Of a DNA stretch of 64,000 bases, positions 50,493-60,830 are shown piece after piece. The DNA lies in assembly GCA_963797095.1 (NCBI GenBank), contig CAWCNY010000005.1, positions 672,001 to 736,000 on the forward strand, given 5' to 3'. The stretch is from an uncultured Chloroflexia bacterium. GTDB lineage: Bacteria; Chloroflexota; Chloroflexia; QHBQ01; JADMIH01. The notes beneath the pieces are model-generated. The model made no database searches. It worked only from the letters and a program-made list of their open reading frames with translations, and was not told where the DNA came from. The translations under genes and the position numbers were made by a program. Within the stretch, counting starts at the first letter, position 1, and every line of letters begins with the position of its first letter.

Positions 50493-53459
50493 ATGTCTAC
50501 TAATAATTCGGGGAACAACAGGCAAGGGCGATCCGGTAATAACAATTCTTCTACGGTGCGGATGATGCCCAATCGGCCATCGAGAAGGTGGCGAAGTTGG
50601 ATCATATGGATCGTCGTGGCGATCTTCGTACTGGCTATTTTGATCCCTTCGCTGCTGGCCGAGGCGATCACCGACTGGATGTGGTTCGGCAGCCAGGGGC
50701 TGGCCGATGTGTACACGACTCGGCTGTGGCTCGCGTTGGGCGTATTCGTAGGAGGGCTGGCGCTGGGGCTGATATTCCTCCTTGTCAACTGGCTTGGTGC
50801 TCTCAGAGCCGTACAGCCGGGCACGCTATTCGAGGGGCAGCAGGAAGTGATACCGAGGGGCGCGGCGCGCTGGATCGCGATTAGCCTGGCGGTGGCGATT
50901 GCCTTCTTCATGGGGCTGGCGGCAGCCGATGAGTGGCCCAATATCCTCCTGTTCGTGAATGGCGGGCCGTTCGGGCAGACCGACCCCATCTTCGGCAACG
51001 ATATAGGGTTTTATGTGTTTGAGTTGCCTTTCTTCCGCCTGCTGAGGGGGTGGGCGCTTGTACTGCTGATCCTGACAGCCATAGGCACGGTGATCATCTA
51101 CGCGGTGGGGCATTCCCCGCAGTTCGTACGCCAGTTGAGCGAGCAGTTACCTAGGCAAGGCGGGCCAAGGCGTAGCACGATCAATTTGCAGGGCCTATCT
51201 TTCCGCCTTCCCCAATCGGCGAGTGTGCACCTGACGGTGCTGGGGGCGATCTTCCTGGCCCTGATCGGGATCGGCTACTGGTTCGACCGCTTCGATCTGC
51301 TCTATTCGGAGCACGATCTGGTCTACGGAGCAGATTATACTGATGTGAACGCGACGCTTCCGGCGCTCAATATTATGATGGTTATAGCAGGGGCGATGGT
51401 GATATTGCTGATCGCCAACCTGTGGGTAAGGACGTGGCGGCTGCTGGCGGGGGCGCTGGGGTTGTGGCTCATCGCGCTGATACTGGTCAAGGGCCTCTAT
51501 CCGACCATAATCCAGCAATTCGTTGTACAACCCAACCAGTCGCAACTTGAAACGCCCTATATAGAGAACAGCATCAAAGCCACGCGGCAGGCGTTCGGGT
51601 TGGACCAGTTCCATGAGCAGGAAGTGCCAGCAGTTTCTTCGATAACCAGGGAGCAGGTAAACGAAAACCCCAACATCACCAACAATATACGCCTGTGGGA
51701 CTACCGGCCTTTGCTCGATACGTACAGCAAGTTGCAGGAGATAAGGACCTATTACTCACTGGATGACGTGGATATTGACCGTTACACCCTGGATGGGAAA
51801 CAGAGGCAGGTAATGCTCTCGGCGCGTGAGCTTAACTCCAATGAATTGAGCGAAAACATCAGGACATGGGAGAATGTGCACTTCCGGTACACTCACGGCT
51901 ACGGGGTGGTCATGTCAACGGTGAACGATATAGAGGGCGAGGGATTGCCTAACCTGCTGATCAAGGATATACCGCCCGTGGCAAGCGCGCCGGAGCTTCA
52001 AATCACGCGCCCTGAGATCTATTACGGGGAGGAGACGGACGAGTACGTGTTCGTCAACTCAACAGATATCCAGGAGTTCGACTACCCGCTAGGCGATACC
52101 AACAAGTTCACCAGCTACAAGGGCAGCGGAGGGGTGGAAGTCAGCGATTTCTTCACCAAGCTGCTGTTCGCGGTGCGGTTCGGGGATGGCAATATCATGT
52201 TGTCGCCCTATATTACGCCTGGTACAAGAGTGCTCTATCACCGGAATATCTCCGAAATGCTGGAGCAGCTAGCGCCCTTCCTGAGGTATGAGGATGACCC
52301 TTACATGGTGGTGGTGGATGGCAAACTGTACTGGATAGAGGACGCGCACACTTACACAGACCGCTATCCATATTCGACGCCTTTCAAGTACGGCGCGTTC
52401 GACACCGGTCTCAATTACATCCGCAACTCGGTGAAGGTGGTAATCGACGCCTATGAGGGCACCGCGACCTACTATGTGATCGATCCGACCGATCCGTTGA
52501 TCAACGCTTACAGACGCATCTTCCCCGACCTGTTCAAGGATGCGAGCGAGATGCCCGCCGGAATCAGGGCGCACCTGCGATACCCGGAAGGGCTTATGGA
52601 TATTCAGGCCCGGATGTACACAGTGTTCCACATGACCGACCCGCAGGTGTTCTACACGAAGGAAGACGTGTGGGCACTGCCATCGGACAGCGCGATAAAC
52701 GCCAGTAACAGCAACGTGGTGATCCCCGAAGCATATTATGTCAATATACAACTGCCCGGCGAGCAAAAGGTGGACTTTATGCTGATCCAGTCGTTCACGC
52801 CCAATACGAAAGACAATATGATCGCGTGGATGGCGGCGAAGAGCGACCCGCAGGACTACGGGCAGGTGGAGGTGATCAGGTATCCGAAACAGCAGCTCGT
52901 GTACGGGCCAAGCCAGATAGAAGCGCGCATCGACCAGAACACTACCATTTCGCAGCAATTATCGCTGTGGAACGGGAGCGGCTCGGAGGTGATCAGGGGG
53001 AACCTGCTGACGATTCCGATCTCGAACACGCTGTTGTATATAGAGCCGCTCTTCTTGAAGGCCACCACGCCAGGAAGCTTCCCGGAGCTAAAGCGAATCA
53101 TTGTAGCGACCGGCAACAACGTGGGGATCGGGGATGACCTGGCGGAAGCGTTGGATGTGGCGTTCAATCTGAAAGCGCCTGAAGTAATCCCTGGCACGGG
53201 CGAGGCCACGCCAACACCGGCACCGGGGGTGACGCCGCAGCCTACAAGCCCGCAACCCACGCCTGGAGGGACCGTAACTGTGACCGGGCGCAGTGTGGAG
53301 GAGATAACCCAGTCAGCCCTCGACCACTACAACCGCGCCCAGGAAGCGCTAAAGCGAGGCGATTGGACCACCTACGGGGAAGAGATCGACGCCATGAAAG
53401 CCGACCTCGATGAGTTAGCCCAGATCACAGGCGTGCCCGTCCCAACGGCAATTCCATAG
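50493..53459 (+). CDS. UPF0182-family membrane protein
   Basis: DPIFGNDIGFYVFELP, NIRLWD, YTHGYG, NYIRNSVK, HLRYPE. Confidence 0.95.
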   Translation: MSTNNSGNNRQGRSGNNNSSTVRMMPNRPSRRWRSWIIWIVVAIFVLAILIPSLLAEAITDWMWFGSQGLADVYTTRLWLALGVFVGGLALGLIFLLVNWLGALRAVQPGTLFEGQQEVIPRGAARWIAISLAVAIAFFMGLAAADEWPNILLFVNGGPFGQTDPIFGNDIGFYVFELPFFRLLRGWALVLLILTAIGTVIIYAVGHSPQFVRQLSEQLPRQGGPRRSTINLQGLSFRLPQSASVHLTVLGAIFLALIGIGYWFDRFDLLYSEHDLVYGADYTDVNATLPALNIMMVIAGAMVILLIANLWVRTWRLLAGALGLWLIALILVKGLYPTIIQQFVVQPNQSQLETPYIENSIKATRQAFGLDQFHEQEVPAVSSITREQVNENPNITNNIRLWDYRPLLDTYSKLQEIRTYYSLDDVDIDRYTLDGKQRQVMLSARELNSNELSENIRTWENVHFRYTHGYGVVMSTVNDIEGEGLPNLLIKDIPPVASAPELQITRPEIYYGEETDEYVFVNSTDIQEFDYPLGDTNKFTSYKGSGGVEVSDFFTKLLFAVRFGDGNIMLSPYITPGTRVLYHRNISEMLEQLAPFLRYEDDPYMVVVDGKLYWIEDAHTYTDRYPYSTPFKYGAFDTGLNYIRNSVKVVIDAYEGTATYYVIDPTDPLINAYRRIFPDLFKDASEMPAGIRAHLRYPEGLMDIQARMYTVFHMTDPQVFYTKEDVWALPSDSAINASNSNVVIPEAYYVNIQLPGEQKVDFMLIQSFTPNTKDNMIAWMAAKSDPQDYGQVEVIRYPKQQLVYGPSQIEARIDQNTTISQQLSLWNGSGSEVIRGNLLTIPISNTLLYIEPLFLKATTPGSFPELKRIIVATGNNVGIGDDLAEALDVAFNLKAPEVIPGTGEATPTPAPGVTPQPTSPQPTPGGTVTVTGRSVEEITQSALDHYNRAQEALKRGDWTTYGEEIDAMKADLDELAQITGVPVPTAIP

Positions 53460-53710
53460 GTTGACAGGGCAAATCTATCCGACCCTAAGATCGAGCGCTA
53501 CACAAGTCGTAGTCCCTACGGGACTTGGCACCACGGCTTTCCATCATTTTCCTAATATTCTGAGTGCCTTATGAATGTCCTCCCAACCACGCACCCTGAG
53601 GTTCACGCCAAAAAACTGTACCAAAGTACATATATTCGATGGGAAATGTTATCGCACTAGCTTTGCAGGGATGGCTCCGCCCCCTGCCCACGATGGATCG
53701 TTAGCCATAC

Positions 53711-54292
53711 TTAGCGGGAGGGGTTGCGCGTCAGTTGGCCCAGTCTACGGCCATGTTGCGAGTCCTCGATCAGCGTGGCGAGTCGCCGCTGCCTGGTGGC
53801 CTCTTGCCTGGCGCTCACAACCCAAAAGATCGCGGTGCGCCTGTAGCCCGGCGGCTGAGCCTGGAAGAACTCCCATGCTTCTCTGTTCGCTCGGAACTGA
53901 GCTTCATACTCGCTACCAAGCTCATGCTTCTCTTGCTCAAACGAATAGATGCCCGATTTGTCTTCCCTGTGCTTATTGAAAGCTTCCATACCGGGCGGCT
54001 GCATCCGGCCCATCTCTTGAAGCTCGCCAACACGCTTGATGTTCACGTTGCTCCAGATGCTGTTGGGCTTGCGCGGTGTAAAGCGAATCGTGAAGCTCGA
54101 TCCATCGAGCGACTTGCGGACGCCATCTATCCAGCCGAAGCAAAGCATCTGGTCCAACGCCTCAGGGTAGGTGATTCCACCCCGGCCTGAGGCTTTCTTG
54201 TAGAAACCTACAATTAGCTCGCGGGCCGTGGCGTGATTCGCCTGTAGCCACTCGCGCAACTCGGAGGGTGTTTTGAAGAAGGTAGCTTCCAT
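53711..54292 (-). CDS. YdeI/OmpD-associated (bacteriocin-protection) family protein
   Basis: LCFGWIDG, FTPRKPNSIWSNVN, ATRQRRL. Confidence 0.92.
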   Translation of the reverse strand: MEATFFKTPSELREWLQANHATARELIVGFYKKASGRGGITYPEALDQMLCFGWIDGVRKSLDGSSFTIRFTPRKPNSIWSNVNIKRVGELQEMGRMQPPGMEAFNKHREDKSGIYSFEQEKHELGSEYEAQFRANREAWEFFQAQPPGYRRTAIFWVVSARQEATRQRRLATLIEDSQHGRRLGQLTRNPSR

Positions 54293-54326
54293 GCGTTGGC
54301 AACTGGAAAAATCAAATTAGGTTTAG

Positions 54327-55157
54327 TTATCTCGCCTCTAACTCCTGCTTAGCGAAGCCTGCGCCAACATGCAGAGACCACGCATCGACCGGAGCGCTAC
54401 GGCCTTTGAGATCAAGGAGGCGCGGCTCCAACCCCTCCACCGGTAGACCTGAGGCAGCCCGTGTGGCCTCAGTGAGCAATATCTCTCCGGCGGAGGAGGT
54501 GGCGGCAAGGCGAGCGGTCAGATTCACGTCATCTCCCAGGGCGGTAATATCGTTCACTCCAGCCGAGCCAACAGAGCCGACAAAGGCGTTGCCTGTGTGA
54601 ATGCCGACACCAACCGGAACCCAGGGATCACCTCTGTCTTCGTGCCCGGTAGCTTTCAGGATGCGGCGAGCCGCCCGCACAGCCGCCTCCGCGTGCGCGC
54701 TACCCGACAGCACAGGCACAAAGAGCGCTATCACTTCATCGCCGATCAGCCGGTCGATCAAGGCATTCTCATCTATCAGGACATGAGTGACTGCATCATA
54801 GAAGCGGGCGATCAGAGCTGAAAACTGGGTGGTGCCAAGTCTTTCTGCAAGGGTGGTAGAACCGCGAATGTCGGCAAACAGTAATGTTAAAGGGACCTCG
54901 GCACCACCTGGGGCTTCGCGCGCGTGGGTCTCGCAAACAGCGCAAATACGAGGATTCATCTTGGCCGGACCTCTGCCCATAAGCCGCATGACATAGCCCC
55001 CAGGCCCACGGAACGGTGCATAACACACTTTGCAGCGGGGTGAGGCCGGAAGGAGGCGGAATGCGCGCTGGGACCTGCGAAGGGTGGGATCCTCGCCCGT
55101 GAGAAAGGCCCGCCAATTTTCATTAATCTTGGCTTGCTCGTCAGACGGCTTGTCCAT
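54327..55157 (-). CDS. Class III adenylate/guanylate cyclase with N-terminal Cys4 motif
   Basis: LFADIRGST, IGDEV, GDDVNLTARL; PRCKVC..ICAVC. Confidence 0.9.
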   Translation of the reverse strand: MDKPSDEQAKINENWRAFLTGEDPTLRRSQRAFRLLPASPRCKVCYAPFRGPGGYVMRLMGRGPAKMNPRICAVCETHAREAPGGAEVPLTLLFADIRGSTTLAERLGTTQFSALIARFYDAVTHVLIDENALIDRLIGDEVIALFVPVLSGSAHAEAAVRAARRILKATGHEDRGDPWVPVGVGIHTGNAFVGSVGSAGVNDITALGDDVNLTARLAATSSAGEILLTEATRAASGLPVEGLEPRLLDLKGRSAPVDAWSLHVGAGFAKQELEAR

Positions 55158-55237
55158 AGCCCCTCTCCTTCCCGCCCTGTTTGCAAGTCTCAAATGAGAG
55201 TATGGCACGGAGGGCATAACCTGTCAACACACCCTGT

Positions 55238-55457
55238 CTGAGATCCACTCATAACTGCCCACAGGCACGAATCACGCGTGCGACGCATCTTCCAAGTGGT
55301 CAGTTGAGGTGCCGACGGCAGCAATGGCCCACCATGCCAACCCTCATGCTGTGCGTGTTCAAGTTTGCCGGCAGGTGGTCTTGGGCAGTGTAACGCGCCC
55401 ACTCGACCTTCTGGATGCTCCCACCACGCACCGAGCCGGTTTATGAGTGGATCTCAA
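55238..55457. mobile_element. 220-bp MITE with 7-bp target-site duplication
   Basis: Perfect 16-bp IR TGAGATCCACTCATAA (55239-55254 / 55441-55456); ACCCTGT at 55231-55237 and 55458-55464. Confidence 0.9.
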
Positions 55458-55555
55458 ACCCTGTAAGGCTGCGTTGTGTATAGAGGAAGGAACAAGATAC
55501 ACGTGGCAAACGTAAGATAAGGGTAAGGAGTTTTGTTACAATTAACACATAATGC

Positions 55556-55580
55556 GCAACCTCCGGTGCGCCGTCGCGTT
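55556..55580 (+). promoter_or_regulatory. Putative ECF-type autoregulatory promoter
   Basis: GCAAC-N16-CGTT just upstream of the ECF sigma gene. Confidence 0.55.
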
Positions 55581-55611
55581 TTACCTGTAGAGGTTGTCCC
55601 GGAGGGATAGA

Positions 55612-56220
55612 GTGTTGGCTGTGGCTATAGATGAAAAGGGCTGGGTGAGCCGGGCGCGGGAGGGCGACACCGCCGCGTTTGAGGCGATTTACAATCGCTA
55701 CGAGCGCCGTATCTACGCCTTCGTTTACCGGCTGATGGGCAACGCAGAGGACGCCTACGACTTGACGCAGGATACGTTCGTCAAGGCGTACATGGCCTTG
55801 CCCCGCATCTCTAGCGATGCCGACCTTAATCTATCAGCATGGCTGCACAGGATAGCTTCCAACGCCTGCATGGATGTGCTGAGGCGGCGAAAGCTGATCA
55901 GGTGGCTGCCCTGGGAAACGTTCGACACCAATCCCGCGATGGAGCCGGCGGCGGACGACGACCCGGTTGGCGAGTACAGCCAGGTGGAAACAACAGGTGA
56001 AGTGCAGGCTGTATTGAGCAAGCTGACAGCCAAGCACCGCATGGCGCTGGTGTTGAAGGAATACCAGGGGATGTCGTGCGACGAAATAGGAGAAGTGATG
56101 GGCGCGAGCAGGTCGGCGATCAAATCGCTGCTGTTTCGCGCCCGCGAGGAGTTCAGGCAGGTATACCTGGCGAAATATGGACACGCACCGGGGATGGAAG
56201 ATGCGGTGAGGGATACGTAG
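55612..56220 (+). CDS. ECF RNA polymerase sigma factor
   Basis: DAYDLTQDTFVKAY, WLHRIASN, IKSLLFRARE; GGAGG RBS. Confidence 0.95.
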   Translation: MLAVAIDEKGWVSRAREGDTAAFEAIYNRYERRIYAFVYRLMGNAEDAYDLTQDTFVKAYMALPRISSDADLNLSAWLHRIASNACMDVLRRRKLIRWLPWETFDTNPAMEPAADDDPVGEYSQVETTGEVQAVLSKLTAKHRMALVLKEYQGMSCDEIGEVMGASRSAIKSLLFRAREEFRQVYLAKYGHAPGMEDAVRDT

Positions 56221-56221
56221 T

Positions 56222-56268
56222 GACGAGTGACGAGTGACGAGTGACGAGTGACGAGTGACAAGTGGCGA
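56222..56268 (+). repeat. Heptamer repeat (GACGAGT)5 plus variants
   Basis: Begins right after the sigma stop codon. Confidence 0.92.
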
Positions 56269-56332
56269 TGAAAGTAAGCAGTAAACAGTACGCAATTGTC
56301 ACTCCTCACAAAGGTTCAAGGATAAGATTTAG

Positions 56333-58036
56333 ATGGATTGCACGGCCGTTCGACCACTAATTTCATACTACTACGATGGAGAGGCCACGCCGGAGGAAAG
56401 AGCGCAGGTCGAGCAGCACCTTGCTACCTGCGAGGATTGCAGGCGCGTGCTAGCGCAGTACCGCACGATAGGGAGCGATATACGTGAGTTGTCTATGCCG
56501 GTGCCCCCTGTTGGGCTGCACCGCGATGTGTGGCGCGCTATAGAAGCCCAGCAAGCAGGGGCGCGCCGCCCCGCCGCGCAACAGAACAAGGGTAAAGTAG
56601 TAGATTTTTCGACAGCGCAGAAGCAGAAGCGCCCCGCGCTCGTGACCACGCTTGCCAATGTTGGTGGAAGCTGGGCCAGGGCGCTACCAGCGGCTCTGCT
56701 GGTAGTCGCACTTGGGATAATGATCGCGGTGTTCATCTTTGTGCAGGGCAGAACGCCCAGCGACCTCGCCAAGCTGGTTGATGCGGGGCCTTTCAGCGAT
56801 TACAACTCTCAGCTTCAGGTGCTGTTCAGCAAGCAGGTTGTGCCGGGCGATGTTGAGAAATATACAAGCGTCAGCGTGGTCGATGGCGCAAGCCTGAACC
56901 ATGTGACAACCACCAATACGTTCCAGGGGCAGATATTGACCATGAAGCCGGAGTTCCCCTGGCAGGCAGGCGCGAAATATCAGGTGACGGTGGATGCAAC
57001 AAAGATACGCCTGGCGGGTATCGGCTCGCCGTTGGATACGCAGGCGATTACGCTGGAGTTCAGCACGTTGGCATACACGCCCACGCCCACCGAAACGCCG
57101 GTGCCGCCAACCGCGACCGTTGTGCCAACCAATACGCCTGAGCCTACGCTGGAACCAACCCAGGCACCGGAGAACACACCGGAGCCGACGGCAGTCGCCT
57201 TCACGCCTACATCAGAGCCTGTAGTGGAGCCGAGCGCGGTAGTTACAGACACGCCGAAGCCAGCGCCAACGAACACACCCAGGCCTGCACCCACCGATAC
57301 GCCCGTGCCACCCAAGCCAAGCGACACGCCCACCGAGGAGCCCACGGATACACCTGCGCCGGTTGTGCCCACGCCTACGGATACGCCCGTGGTGTCCGGA
57401 ACGACCCTGCCAGGGGAACCGACCCCTTCGGCAACGCCTCAGCTGCCTACACCTACAGCTACGGCAGGACTTCCATGCAACATCATACCTGTGAACGGGT
57501 TCGGAAAGGTCTGGACCGAGAATGAGAGCGTGCGCAACCGGATAGGCTGCCCGGAGGAGGACGAGTACGCCATACTCGACGCGGCACAGGAGCGGTTCGA
57601 GGGCGGATATATGTTCTGGCGGCAGGATACCAAGAAGATATACGTCTTCTTCGGCAACCCGAACACCGATACCTCCGGCACATGGGTCGAGTACGACGAC
57701 ACCTGGGTGGACGGCGAGCCCATGCCAACCGTCGAGCCTAACGATACACCCGGCGTGAGGGGCTCGGCCACACCGCCGGCAGGCAAGTACGCCCCGGTGC
57801 GAGGCTTCGGGAAGCTATGGTACTCGGATCCAGACCTGCGGGCCAGGTTAGGGTGGGCGCTGGAGCCTGAGCAGGCGGTGCAGGCAGCTTTCCAGACGTT
57901 CGAGCACGGTTATGCACTGTGGACCGACAACAAGGTGATCCGGATCATGTACAAGGAGCAGACCATAGCGGAGAATATCTGGGAGCGCTTCACGGATACC
58001 TTCGCAATGCCGACCCCAAGCGCCACACCGCACTAG
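56333..58036 (+). CDS. zf-HC2 anti-sigma factor with TM segment, Ig-like domain, PT linker and duplicated GFGKxW domain
   Basis: HLATCEDC; TM segment; PT-rich tract; PVNGFGKVW and PVRGFGKLW. Confidence 0.88.
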   Translation: MDCTAVRPLISYYYDGEATPEERAQVEQHLATCEDCRRVLAQYRTIGSDIRELSMPVPPVGLHRDVWRAIEAQQAGARRPAAQQNKGKVVDFSTAQKQKRPALVTTLANVGGSWARALPAALLVVALGIMIAVFIFVQGRTPSDLAKLVDAGPFSDYNSQLQVLFSKQVVPGDVEKYTSVSVVDGASLNHVTTTNTFQGQILTMKPEFPWQAGAKYQVTVDATKIRLAGIGSPLDTQAITLEFSTLAYTPTPTETPVPPTATVVPTNTPEPTLEPTQAPENTPEPTAVAFTPTSEPVVEPSAVVTDTPKPAPTNTPRPAPTDTPVPPKPSDTPTEEPTDTPAPVVPTPTDTPVVSGTTLPGEPTPSATPQLPTPTATAGLPCNIIPVNGFGKVWTENESVRNRIGCPEEDEYAILDAAQERFEGGYMFWRQDTKKIYVFFGNPNTDTSGTWVEYDDTWVDGEPMPTVEPNDTPGVRGSATPPAGKYAPVRGFGKLWYSDPDLRARLGWALEPEQAVQAAFQTFEHGYALWTDNKVIRIMYKEQTIAENIWERFTDTFAMPTPSATPH

Positions 58037-58044
58037 CACTCGTA

Positions 58045-58092
58045 ATCAACAAGAAACAGGCCGCCTTAATGTGTGGCCTGTTTTTTGTTGAT
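58045..58092. terminator. Bidirectional terminator
   Basis: ATCAACAAGAAACAGGCCGC...GTGGCCTGTTTTTTGTTGAT. Confidence 0.85.
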
Positions 58093-58095
58093 AAG

Positions 58096-58890
58096 CTAGA
58101 GACCAACTTCGAGGCGGGAGATCAGGCGTGGGGGGAAGTTGAGGCGGCGCATTATCTCTTGCGTTTCGGCAATGGGATATTCGGTGCGCCAGAAGGTGAG
58201 ACGGGCGGTCCAATCCCAATCGGCTGAGGTGGCCGAGTTGGGGATGTCAAGCACCATGTAGGCGGCGCGGGGGTCGCCGTCGCGAGGTTGGCCGACGCTG
58301 CCGGGGTTGACGATCATGCGGGGGCCGCCCGACATATCGGTCTGTTCCAGCTTGGGCCAGACGTTTAGATCGAGCGTCTCGCCCGGTTCAGGGATGGCCG
58401 CCTTCACCACGCCTTCCATATCGCGAAAGATGAGCGGCACGTGGGTGTGGCCGACAAAACAGTAGCGCGAGTTGAAGAGGGGAAAGCACTCGGCTGCATC
58501 GAAGAGGTCGAGGAGATATTCCCACATGGGGTCGCGGGGAGAGGCATGGACCATTGTGAAGACCTGGCCGAAGGCCTTGAGCGTGACGGGGAGATTTTCT
58601 ATGTACTCGCGGTTATCTGGCGTGATGGTCATGGCGGTCCAGTCGAGGGTGAAGCGCGCATCACGATTGAACAACTCTTCATCGAGCCTGCCGAGCATAC
58701 CCCAGTCGTGATTACCGGGAATGCAAAGGTGGGGGTACTGGCGGACGGCCTCGACGCACTCGTTAGGCTGAGGGCCATAGCCGACCAGGTCACCCAGGCA
58801 CCATAGCGAGTCGACCTCGCCCATCTCTTCAAGGACGGTGCGCAAGGCCACGTAGTTGCCGTGCAGATCGGAGATTATGCCGATGCGCAC
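58096..58890 (-). CDS. Metallophosphoesterase family protein
   Basis: SDLHGN, LGDLVGYG, GNHD, GHTH, NPGSVGQPRD. Confidence 0.95.
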   Translation of the reverse strand: MRIGIISDLHGNYVALRTVLEEMGEVDSLWCLGDLVGYGPQPNECVEAVRQYPHLCIPGNHDWGMLGRLDEELFNRDARFTLDWTAMTITPDNREYIENLPVTLKAFGQVFTMVHASPRDPMWEYLLDLFDAAECFPLFNSRYCFVGHTHVPLIFRDMEGVVKAAIPEPGETLDLNVWPKLEQTDMSGGPRMIVNPGSVGQPRDGDPRAAYMVLDIPNSATSADWDWTARLTFWRTEYPIAETQEIMRRLNFPPRLISRLEVGL

Positions 58891-59181
58891 GACATACCTC
58901 TGGTGCGGAATTTAGAGCACGAAGCATGGGATGTTGGTTGTATTTCACCGCAGAGGCGCAGAGTGCGCGAAGGCTTGCTTGAGGGTATTATCGGTCGTAT
59001 GCGCATCTGTGTAGGGTCAATCTCCTGTACAGCGGTGGTAGGACTCATTTGGTCTTCCATCCATTATACAGGTTCTGGATACCAGGCATATATAAAATAC
59101 CCAATTATCCCTGACCGAGGGCCTGTAGGGGCCGGCTCAGGTCGCTTGCCAACGGGTGTAGGGTGTGTTATAAGCGATCCA

Positions 59182-60765
59182 ATGGCGATGGACCGAGTGT
59201 GGAAAGCGGTAAACGAGCATAGAACTGCGTGGGTGGGCGTATTGCTCGCGCTGGGGGCGTTTGTGCTTTATGGACTGACACTTGCCCCCTCGGTAATGCC
59301 GGGAGATTACGCGGAGTTCCAATTCAGCGCGGCGGTACTGGGCGTGCCGCACCCTACCGGCTACCCACTTTATGTGCTCCTGGGCAAGCTGTTCACGATG
59401 CTGCCGTTTGGAGATGTGGCCTACAGGGTGAACCTATCGTCGGCGGTATACATGGCCGGGGCGGTGGGCGTGGGCTACGGGGGGGCGGTGAGGCTGCTGC
59501 GTCTATCTGGGTTGCGTCGGGTATGGTGGGCGGGGGTAGTGGGGTTGGGGTTGTTCGCCATCTCGCCGACAGCCTGGTCAATGGCGCTGGTAGCAAGGAG
59601 TTACGCGCTCAACGCGCTGCTGGTGGCCTCGGTGATATTTACGCTGATCACCTGGAGAGCCACTCGCAAGGCAGGTTGGTTCTATGCTTCATGCCTGTTG
59701 ATCGGGCTGAGCATCGCGCACCACGGCACAACCTACCTGCTGCTGCCCGCCTACGGGCTATACCTGCTTTTTGTTGAGTGGGAGAACCGGCGACCGGGGG
59801 CGGAGGGCAATCGCACAGCATTGGCACATCCGGCGCGCAGATCGGCGTTGGGGGTAGGGTGCTTGCTGCTGGGTCTTAGCCCACTGCTCTTTCTTGTGTA
59901 TCGCTTCGTGTGGGGCGGGCCGTACTACTGGGGGAACCCCACGACCTGGAAGGACTTCTTCAGCCTCCTTACCGGGGGACCGTTCCAGAACCAGGTGTTC
60001 GGGTTCGGCATGGACCTGGGCACGCAGTTCGAGCGAGTATTGTTCGGGCTCAATGAGCTTTCGAATCAGTTTACGCCTATTGGCATAGCTCTCGGGCTGG
60101 TTGGGATCGTTGTGCTGGCGCGCTACAGGCGGGCGGAGGCCGGGCTGCTCCTGTTGATGATAGCGGGGAACTTCCTGTTCTCCATGAATTACTCGCTGGT
60201 AGGATACCTCTATTTCATTCCGACGTACCTGATATGGGCGCTGTTTATGTCGGTGGGGGTTGGGTGGGGCGCGCAGGCGGTATGGGCGAGGCTTGAAGGG
60301 AGGATCGGCAAGGCTGTAGCACGGACTTCGCTGGCAGTTGGAGGCGCGGTATTTGTGCTGGCGGTAGGATGGGCGGTCGCGCTGCGCTACCCGAATATGG
60401 ATCAGAGCGGGCAGACCGCCAAACGCGATGCTGCGCTTGCTTTACTGAGCAGCGCACCGCAGGGCGCGAGCATCTACCTAGATTGGGAAGACCTGTCGGT
60501 GGTGCGGTTCTACAGGCTTGTATATGGTATGCGAACGGACCTGACGCTCCATTCAGGCGACCCGGCGGATTGGCCGGAAGGTGTCTATTGCGACCTGGAA
60601 TATGGGTCATCCGTCTACGTCGCGCCGTTCGCAGGGGCAGAGCCTCCACTGGTGGCCCGCGACTTCGACCTGGAGCCTGCGCCGATGGGCTGGCGGGTAA
60701 CGGGTGTGGAGAACGCCAGCCTGTACGCGGTGCCTGCTTGCGGGACTTGTGCAACTTGCAGGTAA
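59182..60765 (+). CDS. DUF2723/TMEM260-like membrane glycosyltransferase
   Basis: TLAPSV.PGDYAEFQ..LGVPHPTGYPLY, AYRVNLSS. Confidence 0.9.
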   Translation: MAMDRVWKAVNEHRTAWVGVLLALGAFVLYGLTLAPSVMPGDYAEFQFSAAVLGVPHPTGYPLYVLLGKLFTMLPFGDVAYRVNLSSAVYMAGAVGVGYGGAVRLLRLSGLRRVWWAGVVGLGLFAISPTAWSMALVARSYALNALLVASVIFTLITWRATRKAGWFYASCLLIGLSIAHHGTTYLLLPAYGLYLLFVEWENRRPGAEGNRTALAHPARRSALGVGCLLLGLSPLLFLVYRFVWGGPYYWGNPTTWKDFFSLLTGGPFQNQVFGFGMDLGTQFERVLFGLNELSNQFTPIGIALGLVGIVVLARYRRAEAGLLLLMIAGNFLFSMNYSLVGYLYFIPTYLIWALFMSVGVGWGAQAVWARLEGRIGKAVARTSLAVGGAVFVLAVGWAVALRYPNMDQSGQTAKRDAALALLSSAPQGASIYLDWEDLSVVRFYRLVYGMRTDLTLHSGDPADWPEGVYCDLEYGSSVYVAPFAGAEPPLVARDFDLEPAPMGWRVTGVENASLYAVPACGTCATCR

Positions 60766-60774
60766 GGGATCCTG

Positions 60775-60809
60775 TTGCGTATTGCGTATTGCGTATTGCG
60801 TATTGCGTG
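60775..60809 (+). repeat. Heptamer repeat (TTGCGTA)5
   Basis: Direct reading. Confidence 0.9.
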
Positions 60810-60830
60810 TTGGTAAGTAGGAATGAGTAG

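Noticed and set aside
53461-53540. c-di-GMP riboswitch-like ACAGGGCAAA
   Set aside because: The rest of the motif is absent, and the site lies between convergent genes
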